A DNA stretch of 62,930 nucleotides, the filler included, from Lenisia limosa (taxonomy: Eukaryota; Protista; Breviatea): assembly GCA_001655205.1 (NCBI GenBank). It is 11 parts of 11 records of this genome, joined end to end, with 100 filler letters (N's around TTAATTAATTAA, not from the genome) between each part and the next. Parts side by side here need not be neighbours in the genome. Positions count along the whole stretch, not along the records: positions 21,308 to 28,182 come from LPNZ01008288.1; positions 28,283 to 31,623 come from LPNZ01002454.1; positions 31,724 to 34,580 come from LPNZ01004872.1; positions 34,681 to 39,961 come from LPNZ01008470.1; 7 more parts are not named here. The stretch is one strand, 5' to 3'. The position numbers and the translations under genes were made by a program. A model generated the notes under the pieces. That model worked only from the letters and a program-made list of their open reading frames with translations, had not been told where the DNA came from and did not search any database. Of the stretch, positions 24,158 through 35,353 are shown in pieces (position 1 is the stretch's first letter; each line of letters begins with the position of its first letter).

Positions 24158-26708
24158 TTAGGCAAACAACGACATGTCAGAAATTCTAACTTCACAAAAG
24201 CCATATGCTCTAAACAAGGTAAAAGACAGTTTGAAAGGGACCAATATTTGATATATTACTACTATATTACACCCCTCAAAAGAGATTACCCCCCCCCCCC
24301 AACAGGGTACCACTTGTTCCATCGCAAGGCCAATTGTCAAGACCAGGAGTGAGGTGAACACACTAAATTGATGAGTAAGATGAAAGCACAAAATTGATGA
24401 GTAAGATGACAGCATTAAATTGATGAGTGAGGAGAACACACTTAATTGAAAAATCAGCACAGCAGACAAACCTGTAACGGAGACGTCGCTCCATTTGGTT
24501 CACCACTGTTCCAGCTGAAAAAATAATAATAACAACAGATAGTCAAACAAAATAAATCTGAGACATAGTTGCTAACTTTTCCAAAAAGACAACAAATTAC
24601 CGCAAACGTGTAATGGGAGTAGAGTGGACCCATAGTCCCTCCTGAACTCTTTACAGTGGTACTGAAATGGTTTCCGCGAACGTCAGTCCATTCATTCTGA
24701 AGTGTCAACCGAGTTGGACCGCCGTCGTGCGTCTTACTGTTTCCCTAGACTTAATGTATGTATAATTTTTCTCTTGCTCAAAAAAACAATCTTACCAAAG
24801 TCTCTTCAAAAACACCGATCCAGGCTGAGGAGTCCACAGCATAAATAGCAAGAACATCCTCAGCAGTAAGAGGAGTGCCCAATACTCTCTGTGAGTTATT
24901 AGACCAATCAAGAACAATGGAATCTGAAAACAAGCAAGCCAACCCCAAGGCCTTCACAGTGTGTTTTTGCAGCATTCCACGAAACTTGAGATGGCGTTCT
25001 CTTCCAGCAGCTCTGCTTGTCTGTTGAAACTCTTCATAAATTATAATAATTGCTCAATGAAGGAATGGGAAGCTCAAATCACATTGACAAAATGTAAGTC
25101 CGCAAAAGGCATGAAATGATACTGTTTACCACCCCATATACACAACAGGACCGTCCGTTTCAGCTTGTTCAAGGCACCAACTACTAAAATCCTCCTGCTT
25201 TCGGTGTACCTGGACAGCATTAAACATATCACTGGAGAACATTAGACATATCACTGGAGAACATTAAACATATCAGAGATGTTAAACAGGTACCACTGCC
25301 AACCAATTCAAATGTGAGGTTGGCCAGAGCAGCTCTTGTTTGAAGTAATTCGTCAGACAAGTTAACCATAGAATCTGCTTCAATAAAACAGAAAATAAAG
25401 AGATACTTACCATTGACCATCAAATTGATAACTTGAGCATTGATCTGTTCAGTCTAAAAAAGTAAGTCAATTTGCAGGAAAACAAAATCAATCGTATGTC
25501 AGGCCTTATCCCGGTCACTTTTTTTTTATGTATGTAGAAATGAGAAATAAAAAGGAAGTCAGACGATAAATCATTGTAAAGATGGGGTGAATTAATAGTA
25601 TACAATAATGTGTTTCACTTTGGTTCGGTTCGGTTTCGGTTTTTCGGTCTCGGTTCGGTTCGGCAAATTGACACATATCGGTCGGTTTACCGACTTTAGC
25701 CGACTTTTCAGAAAAACACAAAAAAACAGCCTCACCAAGGTTTGAACCCACCAGAAAGAGTATCGCCATACCAATTTCAATGACAAATCACATCTTTATT
25801 AAACAATCTATTGTAATGTATTATTGTTTTAATTATTTCTGCGTTTTGGGAGTGTCAAGAAACAGTCTCGGTAATTTCAAAATTTGCATCCTACTGCCAA
25901 AAATGGTATCGTTAAAAATATAGATTTTTGACAGTGGCTAAATAGGTCTGTGATAGGTCTGTGATACGGGTTTCACTTCGGTTTGAAAAAAGACTGAATT
26001 TCTCGATAAATCCTCGAAAACTATCGATATTTTACCGGTCTTTTTCGAACCCAAGTGAAGCCCTTGGTGTGATATCGGTAAATGTTGGTAAAAGACGGTT
26101 CGGTTCGGGTCGGTAAATTGATTCTATTAGACCGAACCGAACCGAAGTGAATCACAACAATAATCCAATATCTCTATTAAGCGTGATGGTGTCGACAACT
26201 ATCGACAGCTTTCTATGTGCTTCCTCAGCATAACACCCAATCATTTGCTCTTCGTTTTACTATCACATAACATCCCCAAGCTTGTCTAAGTGTACATGGA
26301 GGTCAAGTAATATCTCGGATCTTCTTTGTCCTCCATGGGATAACATACCTGAAGAAGGGTGATATGCTCTGATCCGGATGCTGACATTTGGTATGCTGCA
26401 GCCCTTAAATGGTAATCATCATATTAAAAATAGTTGTTACATCATCCACTCACCAATACACAAGTAGTATTCAAATAAGTGTGAAAGTGAATATGAAAGG
26501 GTGAAAGAAAGGGCGAAAGGGAGGTGAAAGAAAGGGAGAAAGTGAATATGGAAGGGTGAAAGAAAGGGCGAAAGTGAATATGAAAGGGCGAAATAGAGGT
26601 GAAGGGGTATAAGTGTAAAGGGTATAGCCTCTACGAGGCCTCCCACCAAGAAGCCTACATTATCATGAATGGAGCGATGAAGACGACCCAAAGAAGAAGA
26701 GATTTCAT
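24158..26708 (-). CDS. Secreted C-type lectin-domain protein
   Basis: Signal peptide MKSLLLWVVFIAPFMIMAAA (ATG at 26708), a coiled-coil-like neck, then SCWKRTPSQVSWNAAKTHCEGLG|RVLGTPLTAEDVLAIYAVDSSAWIG..EGLWVHSTPITRLRWNSGEPNGATSPLQ|CVHLTPGLDNWPCDGTSG|RAYGFCE. Some internal junctions are unresolved. Confidence 0.78.
25610..26156. mobile_element. ~550-bp non-autonomous hAT element with a nested MITE A (25966-26065)
   Basis: Ends GTGTTTCACTTTGGTTCGGTTCGG ... CCGAACCGAACCGAAGTGAATCACA, subterminal CGGTT repeats, and flanking ACAATAAT at 25602-25609 and 26157-26164. Confidence 0.8.
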
Positions 26709-27539
26709 CGCTAATTGTTTTTCTTTTTGTGACTGCTGCAATGCGCAATGTGACTGTCTGACTGTCTGATCTCTAGATGATGATAGATGTGCGCGCGTGG
26801 GTCGTCAAAGCCAGGTCAAAGCAAGGTCAAAAATTGCAAAAATGCAAAATGCAAAATGGAAAATGTATTTAAATGTAACTAATGTAAAACTACTGTCCCC
26901 CCCCCTTTTTCCTTATTTTCTGTTGGTTTTTTGGTTTTTTGTCACTCTTTCTGCCCTTTTCCTATTGTTTTTAAAAGAAATAAAGATATTATTATAGATA
27001 TAATAGAAGAATAGAGAAAAAGATACTCTAAGACGACTTTCTTTTGGTTAGAACTCGGTTCACGCAAAGATGTTCACCTTCGTGCTGTTTTGCGCATTGT
27101 AGGATGGGTAGTTGAGGTAATGCTGATAAATATTTCAATATGGGAGGAATTGAGGGATAAGCTCTGAGAAGAAGCGCTTTGTCAGGTTGGAAATGTAACA
27201 ACCCAAATAGTTCGACGACTTTGCTTAAGAAAAGGTGTTAACGGAGGTTAATTGAGGGGGTTACGAAGAAAATATGGCAAGCTATTTTTGCTCTTTTGTC
27301 GGAGGAATTTTTTCGATTTTGTGAGAGCAAGAATACAATCATTTCTTGGGTCAGTTTTACACGTGTGAACTATCATTTTCCAGCAGTGGTCTGATACTCA
27401 TATCTACGCGTGTGATAACTGACTGACACGTCTCAATAATACTCTGATACACGCGAACCCTCTTGTTTTTTCGTATATCATTTAGACCAACAGCATTTCA
27501 CTAGTGACCTTGGCTTTGTTTTTTTTTTGTTTTTTTCTC

Positions 27540-27716
27540 CTTGTGTGTTTCCCAAATAGTGGGGCTATCTCAACCCTTGTGTGTTAGCCAACAGAGTGGG
27601 GCTATCTCAACCCTTGTGTGTTAGTCAACAGAGTGGGGCTTTTTCTCAACCCTTGTGTGTCAGCCAGCAGAGTGGGGCTATTTTTTGTTTCATAAATTTT
27701 CAATTTACCTCCCGAG
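27540..27716 (+). repeat. Repeat family E with an internal 37-bp tandem expansion
   Basis: Three-plus copies of GTGGGGCTATCTCAACCCTTGTGTGTTAGCCAACAGA, then the E tail TTTCATAAATTTTCAATTTACCTCCCGAG. Confidence 0.8.
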
Positions 27717-28018
27717 CGGTGGTGGGACTCTTCAAAGGCTGGCTTGGGCGTTTTTGTTTTTGTGTTTTTGTCATCTGGCTTTTGTCTAGTTTTAGCGTTG
27801 GTTGCTCATGTTTTTTATTGTTTGTTTTTTGTTTTTTGTTTGTTTGGAGTTTCAGGTTATTCGGTTCGTGATTAATACCTTTACGCCAATATTCTTCTTC
27901 GAAATTACCACCCCCCCGCAGCCTCACAACCGCTCTTGCACAGCTCTCCATGAACGGTCAGGCAAAGCTGAAGGTCGAAGTGGACACACCAGTCTCAGAT
28001 TACGATGCTGTTAACCTG
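27717..28018 (+). CDS. Two exons of an unknown gene
   Basis: 27717-27749 plus 27922-28018 read GGGTLQRLAWALTTALAQLSMNGQAKLKVEVDTPVSDYDAVNL in one frame, followed by donor GTGGGGGG. Confidence 0.55.
27750..27921 (+). repeat. Repeat family F occupying a complete 172-nt GT..AG intron
   Basis: GTTTTTG..GTCTAGTTTTAGCGTTGGTTGCTC..GTTATTCGGTTCGTGATTAATACCTTTACGCCAATATTCTTC..CCCCCCCGCAG. Homologous sequence lies at 13705-13793 and 29257-29358, and reversed at 51378-51590. Confidence 0.7.
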
Positions 28019-28026
28019 GTGGGGGG

Positions 28027-28182
28027 ATATACAGTGGCCGGGATAAGTCTTGCCCGATTTGCTATGTGATATACAGTGGCCGGGATAAGTCTTGACTGAT
28101 TTGCTATGTGATATACAGTGGTCGGGATAAGTCTTGACTGATTTGCTATGTGATATACAGTGGCCGGGATAAGTCTTGACTG
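28027..28182 (+). repeat. 42-bp tandem array of the MITE-B left arm
   Basis: ATATACAGTGGCCGGGATAAGTCTTGACCGATTTGCTATGTG x ~3.7, running into the scaffold end. Confidence 0.9.
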
Positions 28183-28299
28183 NNNNNNNNNNNNNNNNNN
28201 NNNNNNNNNNNNNNNNNNNNNNNNNNTTAATTAATTAANNNNNNNNNNNNNNNNNNNNNNNNNNNNNNNNNNNNNNNNNNNNCCCCCCCCCCCCTCCAG

Positions 28300-29716
28300 C
28301 ATTCATCATGCTCCTTCTTGTCATTATTGTGGACCTGCAGCTGATTTTCGCTATCAAATTCTTCGGACTTGCCCTCAACACCGTCACCATGGTGGAAATT
28401 GTTATGTAGGGGGGTGGTGAGCAAAGGTTATACAATTGTTATGTACGTTAAATGCCCAGGAATATATAACAGCGACCCCCTTCACCACGGCGTTTGGACT
28501 TGTGATTCCAATGTTGGGAAATCCCATAAATTTCTTTGAATATATCACAAATATGATTATATTAAGGAATTCTATAAGAATCCCAAGTCGATGTGTGGTA
28601 ATATTGTGACCATTGACCCTGTAGGGCTATTGGACTCCTTGTTGACCTTTGTCTCCATTCTTCCTTCGTCATCCTCATCACTTCTGGTACACCAACTGAG
28701 CGAGTATCCCACGCTCTTTCCACTGTAAGCTGCTTAGACAAAAGTCATAATCCTGCTGATTCACCAACTTCGTCTGTAACTCAAGATTAATGTAACTATT
28801 ACATATGATATGATGTTAGTCAGCCACATTTACATCCAAGGTTGGAGCTTCCATCTTCAACGGAGGACTTTCGACTTTCCTCGCTATTATGGTTATGGTG
28901 GGATTGGGCATGCTGTACGTGACTTTCCTTTCTTTTTCTTGTTAAAGCAGTTCTCCAAACCAAATTCATAACGTAACCTTAACCCAAATACATGAATAGT
29001 CAAACGTAGTCAGTACCCCAAGTCCGTGGGAAAATACTTATACTCCAAGGTTCATTCTGGTTTAGCTACCTGCTTTAAAGCCATCAGTATCTTCAATTTT
29101 GTTAACAAACTAGGCCATTTCTTCCTCGTTTGTGTTCAAGTCCTTCTTCTACATGGTGTTCTCTCTCGTCATCTGCGGTCTTCTTGCTGGAATTGTGGTA
29201 TGGGGGGGAGGTGCAGTTTTTGCCAGTAGTCATCACATTTCTTCCGCAAGGAACTCGTGTTACTGCTTGTTTTTTTTGGGGTTATTATTCGGTTCGTGAT
29301 AAGTACCTTTACATCAATATTCATCGAAATTTCCTTCGTTTTACTCCCCCCCCCCCCCNNNNNNNNNNNNNNNNNNNNNNNNNNNNNNNNNNNNNNNNNN
29401 NNNNNNNNNNNNNNNNNNNNNCAAATCTCCTAAGCCGATTGTTGATCCCGAGTTTGAGACTTCTGAGTCCAAGGCGGAGAATGGCCAAGCTGAGCACAAG
29501 TATGCCTTGGATCCGTTTTGTTGCTTTATTTGCTGTTGCTTATATTTGCTGTTTTGCGGTTCTCAACTCTCGTGTGTTGATTGTGGTCTTCTTTTTTTTT
29601 TGTTTTAATTTTATCCCCGCAGATTAGAACCCGTGCAGCCGAACTCTCCACCCGAAGAAGTCGAGATGGAGACGAAACAGCCTGACTCTGAGGAGCTGGA
29701 GGAGGTTGACGTGTAG
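28300..29716 (+). CDS. Patched/NPC1-like RND transporter, C-terminal part
   Basis: FIMLLLVIIVDLQLIFAIKFFGLALNTVTMVEIVM|AIGLLVDLCLHSSFVILITSGTPTERVSHALST|VGASIFNGGLSTFLAIMVM|AISSSFVFKSFFYMVFSLVICGLLAGIV|FLPVV..acidic tail EELEEVDV*. This matches the last transmembrane helices of Patched-domain proteins. Confidence 0.85.
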
Positions 29717-30184
29717 TGATATTATGGTGTTTGGTTGTATTAAGACGGTTCAGTGTATCATGGTTTGTTATTGAACTGCGCCCTAATGGGCTGTGTTAAA
29801 TTTAGTGATCCTTACTTCGAAATATGGTCTGTGTTTATTGTGTGATACTTACTTTGAAACGTGCAAGTGATTAAGATCAGGACATTGGTAGTAAAAGAGA
29901 GACCCTATATACTCCCGAGAAGATGAATATGTGGATGAAACCAACGAGCTAAATACAAGCCAGGATTGGTGCTCACTTTTTAAGCGAATACTTGAATAAT
30001 TGTCACAGGACTGGGGTTTCATCTTTTCTATCACGGATTGAAAGCATGACATAAATATATAAAATACATAGGACAGGACTCTTTGCAGGTAATTCTAAAG
30101 AATAAAAGCATCAAATGAGACACTAAACACCAATCGGACTTAAAAAGGCTGTTGTGACCCCCCCCCCTTACCCCTTAATGGATC

Positions 30185-31420
30185 TCCTCTTTGCTTGCAT
30201 GGAACGTGCTGAAAGAAGTTAGGTTCTGAACTGCTGATATTATAAAGAACGCGTTTGATACGTTGAAAAGCAGAATTGTGAACATAAAAGCTGGTCCACC
30301 AACGAGTCTTTAAGAACTGTCTGAATATATAGCAATGAGAATTAAAAAATAAGGCAGTAATATTATTTATGTCAGAATAGTTTCATTGACTTTACTCTCG
30401 GATTAACTTGAGTGAAAGCAAGAAACTATATTGATTACTCCAATCACCACGATTTACAAGGAGAGACTCACCTTACAGCCTCACTGAGATCGTACGAAGG
30501 GAATCCGGTCTAAAAGGAATATAATAAAAAAACAGCTCATAAGATGCTATTAGGCACAACATCAATCCATACTTACCAAAGAGATGTATGCCTCCTCAAA
30601 GAGTGACACTAAGTCTTCTACATGCCGTAAATAATACCAAAATAAAGGAAGAAACTATGTTATTAGTAAAAAAAAAAAGATTTTGTGGGAAATTCAATGA
30701 CAGTAAGCGAAAATGATGTTCCTTTTTGAAGTCATTATAACACAGTTAGAAGCCTGTCATATTTGCGTGGAGCTTTTCTTGTTACAATACAAAGCACCAC
30801 AAACGTAAGTATGAGGAGTTTAAGAATGAGGGGAGCATTTCTCTGAAGAGCTGAATGACTTGTTCCTTTTCGAGTCTTGTCTAAATAGTCAATGTCCAGT
30901 AACAGACAATAGTAGTGTTTTTGCGCCGAAGTCAATCCCAAATCTCACCAGTAAGGGGTCCACAGCAGCGCAAAAGACGGAGAGCGGGTCGCTTGTGTCA
31001 GAAGCAACCAAGCTGTGTTTGATATCCTTGAATGTTAAGAAGAGAGCAACACAGCACTTGTTTAAATCCCACACCACTCCTAAAACCCCAGTAAATTTCA
31101 CCCCACAGCATAAGGAAAGACGGCAGTAATGTGGTTTTTGAAAAGGCAGCTCGTGGACTCCAGATTAACCGACTAAACAATGTGACCAACAATCATTACT
31201 TCGGAGAAAGGCATGAATAACTTGCACTGAAGAATGTGGGTGATCATATGACCATAACTACTTCCTTACGGTGAAAGAAACGAAGACAAAAAATATCGCA
31301 AACAGTCGATATTATTACCGAAAAGTATTTTTCTCTTGAAAGCCAAACCTACGTCAAGATTGGGGCATTCGTTGAGGAAGAACACCATCTTAAGGTTCCG
31401 GCAGTTGCTCAAGCTGAAGT
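30185..31420 (-). CDS. Unknown multi-exon gene with an LRR-like segment
   Basis: Candidate exons LSNCRNLKMVFFLNECPNLD, DIKHSLVASDTSDPLSVFCAAVDPLL, EQVIQLFREMLPSFLNSS and HVEDLVSLFEEAYISL, with splice-like ends. Confidence 0.45.
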
Positions 31421-32009
31421 GCAATTAATGAAAAAAAAAGAAAAAAATAAACTCAAGGGCTAGTTGACTGACGGTGAATATTAAGATCAATTGAAGCATG
31501 GTTATGTATTAAGAACAGAGGAAATAATTACAGGTTCAAAAAGGCGGGATTTCCCCCTGGTTTTAGAGTTCACCAGTAGTTCAACTTATTTGTGGCAAAG
31601 GGAAGGGGTAATAATTGATGTTGNNNNNNNNNNNNNNNNNNNNNNNNNNNNNNNNNNNNNNNNNNNNTTAATTAATTAANNNNNNNNNNNNNNNNNNNNN
31701 NNNNNNNNNNNNNNNNNNNNNNNAGGGTTGATGAGCGGGGGGGAGCAAAATTGGAAAGATGGGGGTAATAAACAAAAAAAAGAATCAATCCTGCTTGATA
31801 AGCATGGCGAAATCGTATCCACTTCTGATCGAAAAATCCCGGGAAAATATCGATAGTTTTCGAGTTTTCGACCGAAGTGAAACTCTAATCATACCCCCCC
31901 CCCCCACNNNNNNNNNNNNNNNNNNNNNNNNNNNNNNNNNNNNNNNNNNNNNNNNNNNNNNNNNNNNNNNNNNNNNNNNNNNNNNNNNNNNNNNNNNNNN
32001 NNNNNNNNN

Positions 32010-32903
32010 GGTATCGCCAAGAGCCTCAGAGTCCGTGAGGGAGGCGAAACGGATCTTGTCAAGGGCCTGGATGGATGAGAATAACAATATTAAGTACCTG
32101 GATGGATGAGAAAATGGTATTAAGTGCCTGGTTGGATGAAGAGCTTTCAAGGAAATGGGTATCATATGTTAGGTAAATAGCAGTATTAAACGGTAACTGG
32201 GAAAGCATTCTCATTGCTAGCGCTTCACTTCACTACGGCGCCTTGACTTGGGATTCCCATGTATTATATGGTAATTCCAACTTGTTCACAAGAATCCCAA
32301 GTCAAGGTGCCGTAGTGAAGTGAAGCGCTAACTGTGAGGATGCACAGAATCAAACACCAAAAAAGCTTCATTCATTGAAATGGTGTCACCCAATTTCCTT
32401 TATCTCATACACATCAAAACGACTAAATCACCCAGATCACAACGCACCCCCTCCCACATCGGAAGCGTTAGAAATAAGCTCGCGAAGGAAGATCTCCTTC
32501 TGAGTGTAGATCGAGTTGACAATGATGCTCATCATGGAGTTGACCTCGGCCTGGAACTTGAACTGCTCTGAGCCTTCTTCAATGGCCTTCTTTTCGGCGT
32601 CTGAGAACATAGAAGGGGTCTCTCTGTAAAGTGTGACATCAACAAAAAAACAGGAACGTGAATTGATGGACTTATTGAGCTTACACTTCAACCTCCTCGG
32701 GAATAACTTCATCTGTGACATCTTCAGCGACTGAGGCGCTCACAACTAAAAGATGTGAGAAAAGAGAATGAAAAAAAGGGAATCCCGATTTTTTTCTGTA
32801 GTCATATCCTTGAAAACATAAATAAAACCCGCTAAACACAGTAGATCTCCCGCATACAGAGTGACAGAGATAAACACAAAAGAATAAAGGTCCACGCCTT
32901 CAT
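32010..32903 (-). CDS. HSP90B1: Endoplasmin / GRP94 (ER Hsp90), 5' part
   Basis: [15 protein letters not shown]|[21 protein letters not shown]|[55 protein letters not shown]|[18 protein letters not shown]: a signal peptide plus the Hsp90 N-terminal signature. Confidence 0.95.
32218..32330. mobile_element. Near-perfect hairpin MITE in the GRP94 intron (A-like outer 13 bp, C-like inner arms)
   Basis: 39-bp arms TAGCGCTTCACTTCACTACGGC(G/A)CCTTGACTTGGGATTC with one mismatch. Confidence 0.85.
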
Positions 32904-33844
32904 TTTGGAGTACACTAAACAACTCTACCAAGAGAGAAATCAAATGAACAGGGATATTCAAGGAAAAAATCAGAATAAAAGGAAAAAAGTTTTAGTAATA
33001 ATTACCAAACTCTGACTAAAAATGTTAGAAAAACGAAAAAGCTAATAATTCAAGCCCTTTTCCGCTAAACAAAGTTAAATCTAAATATTGTATAAAAAGC
33101 AAGCGCAGTCTTAGGAATTGCCCTCCTGGTTACCGACATTCCTCAAACGTGCGGTTCGCTTTGGAATTCCGGAGATGACATCGGTGAGATGGTGTCCTTC
33201 GTGTTAATGATGATAACTCGGCTATTTGAATATTATATGAAGGGGTAGCCGAGGGGTTGCCCAAAAGACGAGGGTATCTCATTCAGCATCTCCCCTTCCA
33301 CCTGTATTTTTGCATGAGCATAATCTGTGCATATTTACATGGGGCATAACAAGCCTCATAGGTTAAAAAGACAGTCATTTATATAGTCATAATCCACCAA
33401 TTATTTGACTTCTAAACGGATTTCTTATTGCCGTGCCAACAGATTAAATCCAATCACTATCCACTATTCCCCCGATCTATAAGTCGCGCAAGGGCTTTAA
33501 ACCGTGCACTTCAAATACCCATTTACTGTTACGATGGAATATGCTAGATAAAATTTACTTCACCTCCTTGTTTCTTCTCTTTGGGCAGCTATTATGGGCC
33601 ACCCCCACAGAAGGGGTTTTTTTTTTTCAAATTGCTATATTTTGGGTTAGGTTAGTAAGATTTGGAAACTATTTACAAATTGACGCTTTATTCTCCTATT
33701 CTCTTGTAAATATTTACTCGAATTTTTATATTTTCGGAAGCCTGTCGGAAGACAAAACCCAGACCCCCAAAAATCCCATCTGTGAGGGTGGCCCATTTTT
33801 CAATAAGGTCTAACTTTAAATTGAAAATTGTGTGATGAGTAAGT

Positions 33845-34060
33845 TTGTATCTTGCCGAAGCCGTCTACCATCATCCTTATCAAAATATTGGATTATATTA
33901 TCAGGCCGAAGCTGTCCACACCATCACGCTTAAAAGATATATTGGAGTATAGAATCTGGCAAAGCTGTCCACGCCATCCATCATGCTTATAAGAGATATT
34001 TTATATTACACTATCTGGCCGAAGCCGTCCATAGCATCACGCTAATAAGAGATATTGAAA
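33845..34060 (-). repeat. Tandem cluster of about four repeat-D units
   Basis: Repeated GGCCGAAGC(C/T)GTCCA..CATCACGCT..AGATATTGGA. Confidence 0.8.
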
Positions 34061-34440
34061 TAGTGTAATATTCAATTTAATATAGTTTGAAATCAATAAG
34101 AAATATCATGACGATGCTGTGAGAGTATACGTGGAATATACTATATCATCATAATACATTGACTGTGGTTAGTCTTGACCAATTTGCTTTACAATTTCCC
34201 AAGTATAATCGGACAAGACATTGCATATCTTAATGGTATAGTATATGCAAATTCTGACCGGGAAAAGTCCTGCTTGACGCAGATATTGAGCTTTAGCTTT
34301 GTGTCAGGTCTTATCGCGGCCACTGTGTATATAATATCATATTTTTATATTTCCATCGCTTATCGGATTTAGGAAAAATCAGAACCGCCAAAGTCGTATT
34401 GGTTCCCGGACCGTGATGGCGATATGGCAGAGGTAGGGAG

Positions 34441-34443
34441 AGT

Positions 34444-34497
<54 letters not shown>
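34441..34497. repeat. (GA)n microsatellite
   Basis: Continuous GA dinucleotide run. Confidence 0.95.
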
Positions 34498-34499
<2 letters not shown>

Positions 34500-35353
34500 T
34501 AAAAATGGATCATTTTGAAACAAACTAGCCCAAATTCACATGGGTTGAATGAATATGTTTGAGGTTGGGGGGGGGGGGGGNNNNNNNNNNNNNNNNNNNN
34601 NNNNNNNNNNNNNNNNNNNNNNNNTTAATTAATTAANNNNNNNNNNNNNNNNNNNNNNNNNNNNNNNNNNNNNNNNNNNNTGGGTATTTTGCTTCATAAA
34701 TTTTCCAATTTGCCCCCCCCCCCATTCTGACCTCACAGCCACATCTCCCTTGGTGACTCTGTATGCTTCTCTGTCAATCCACTCTCGGTTTGTGGGTGGA
34801 AGGGCTTTTGTTAATGTATGTGTATGCTTGGCAAAATATCACTTTTTGTTATTATGAATGCTGGCTATTTGGACTTACAAACTACTTTTTTTCTCATTAT
34901 ATAATTGTTGTTTTAAAATGACAGCTTTATTTCACTTTTTTTTTTTTTTTTGACCAATGCCAAATTCAAGGAATATTATGCATTAATAATCTTTTGAAAC
35001 AAAGCATAGGGATACATTAGAAAATCAAATACCACACCATCATTCCTCACACCCAGTTTTTATGGATTTCAGGACGCGGCTTTGGACGAATCCATCAAAT
35101 CACTAAGCAAATGTTTGAGTGGAGAAAGGAAGATGTGAGATAGAGAGTGAAAGATAGAGAAAACATATATGTTCTTGTTATTAGCTTGAATGAAAAGTTA
35201 CTTTTTCCAACTAGGTATTCACAGCTCTATTGTTTTTTTTTTGTTTTTTTTTTTTGTTTTTTTGNNNNNNNNNNNNNNNNNNNNNNNNNNNNNNNNNNNN
35301 NNNNNNNNNNNNNNNNNNNNNNNNNNNNNNNNNNNNNNNNNNNNNNNNNNNNN

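Noticed and set aside
29421-29716. Hsp70/Hsp110 C-terminus because of EEVD
   Set aside because: The exons continue from a Patched-like transmembrane region, and the motif is followed by an extra Val.
32904-33520. ER-stress element upstream of GRP94
   Set aside because: CCAAT and CCAC-like words are present but not at the CCAAT-N9-CCACG spacing.
34311-34523. SL-repeat protein ORF
   Set aside because: It is a translation of the (GA)n microsatellite.
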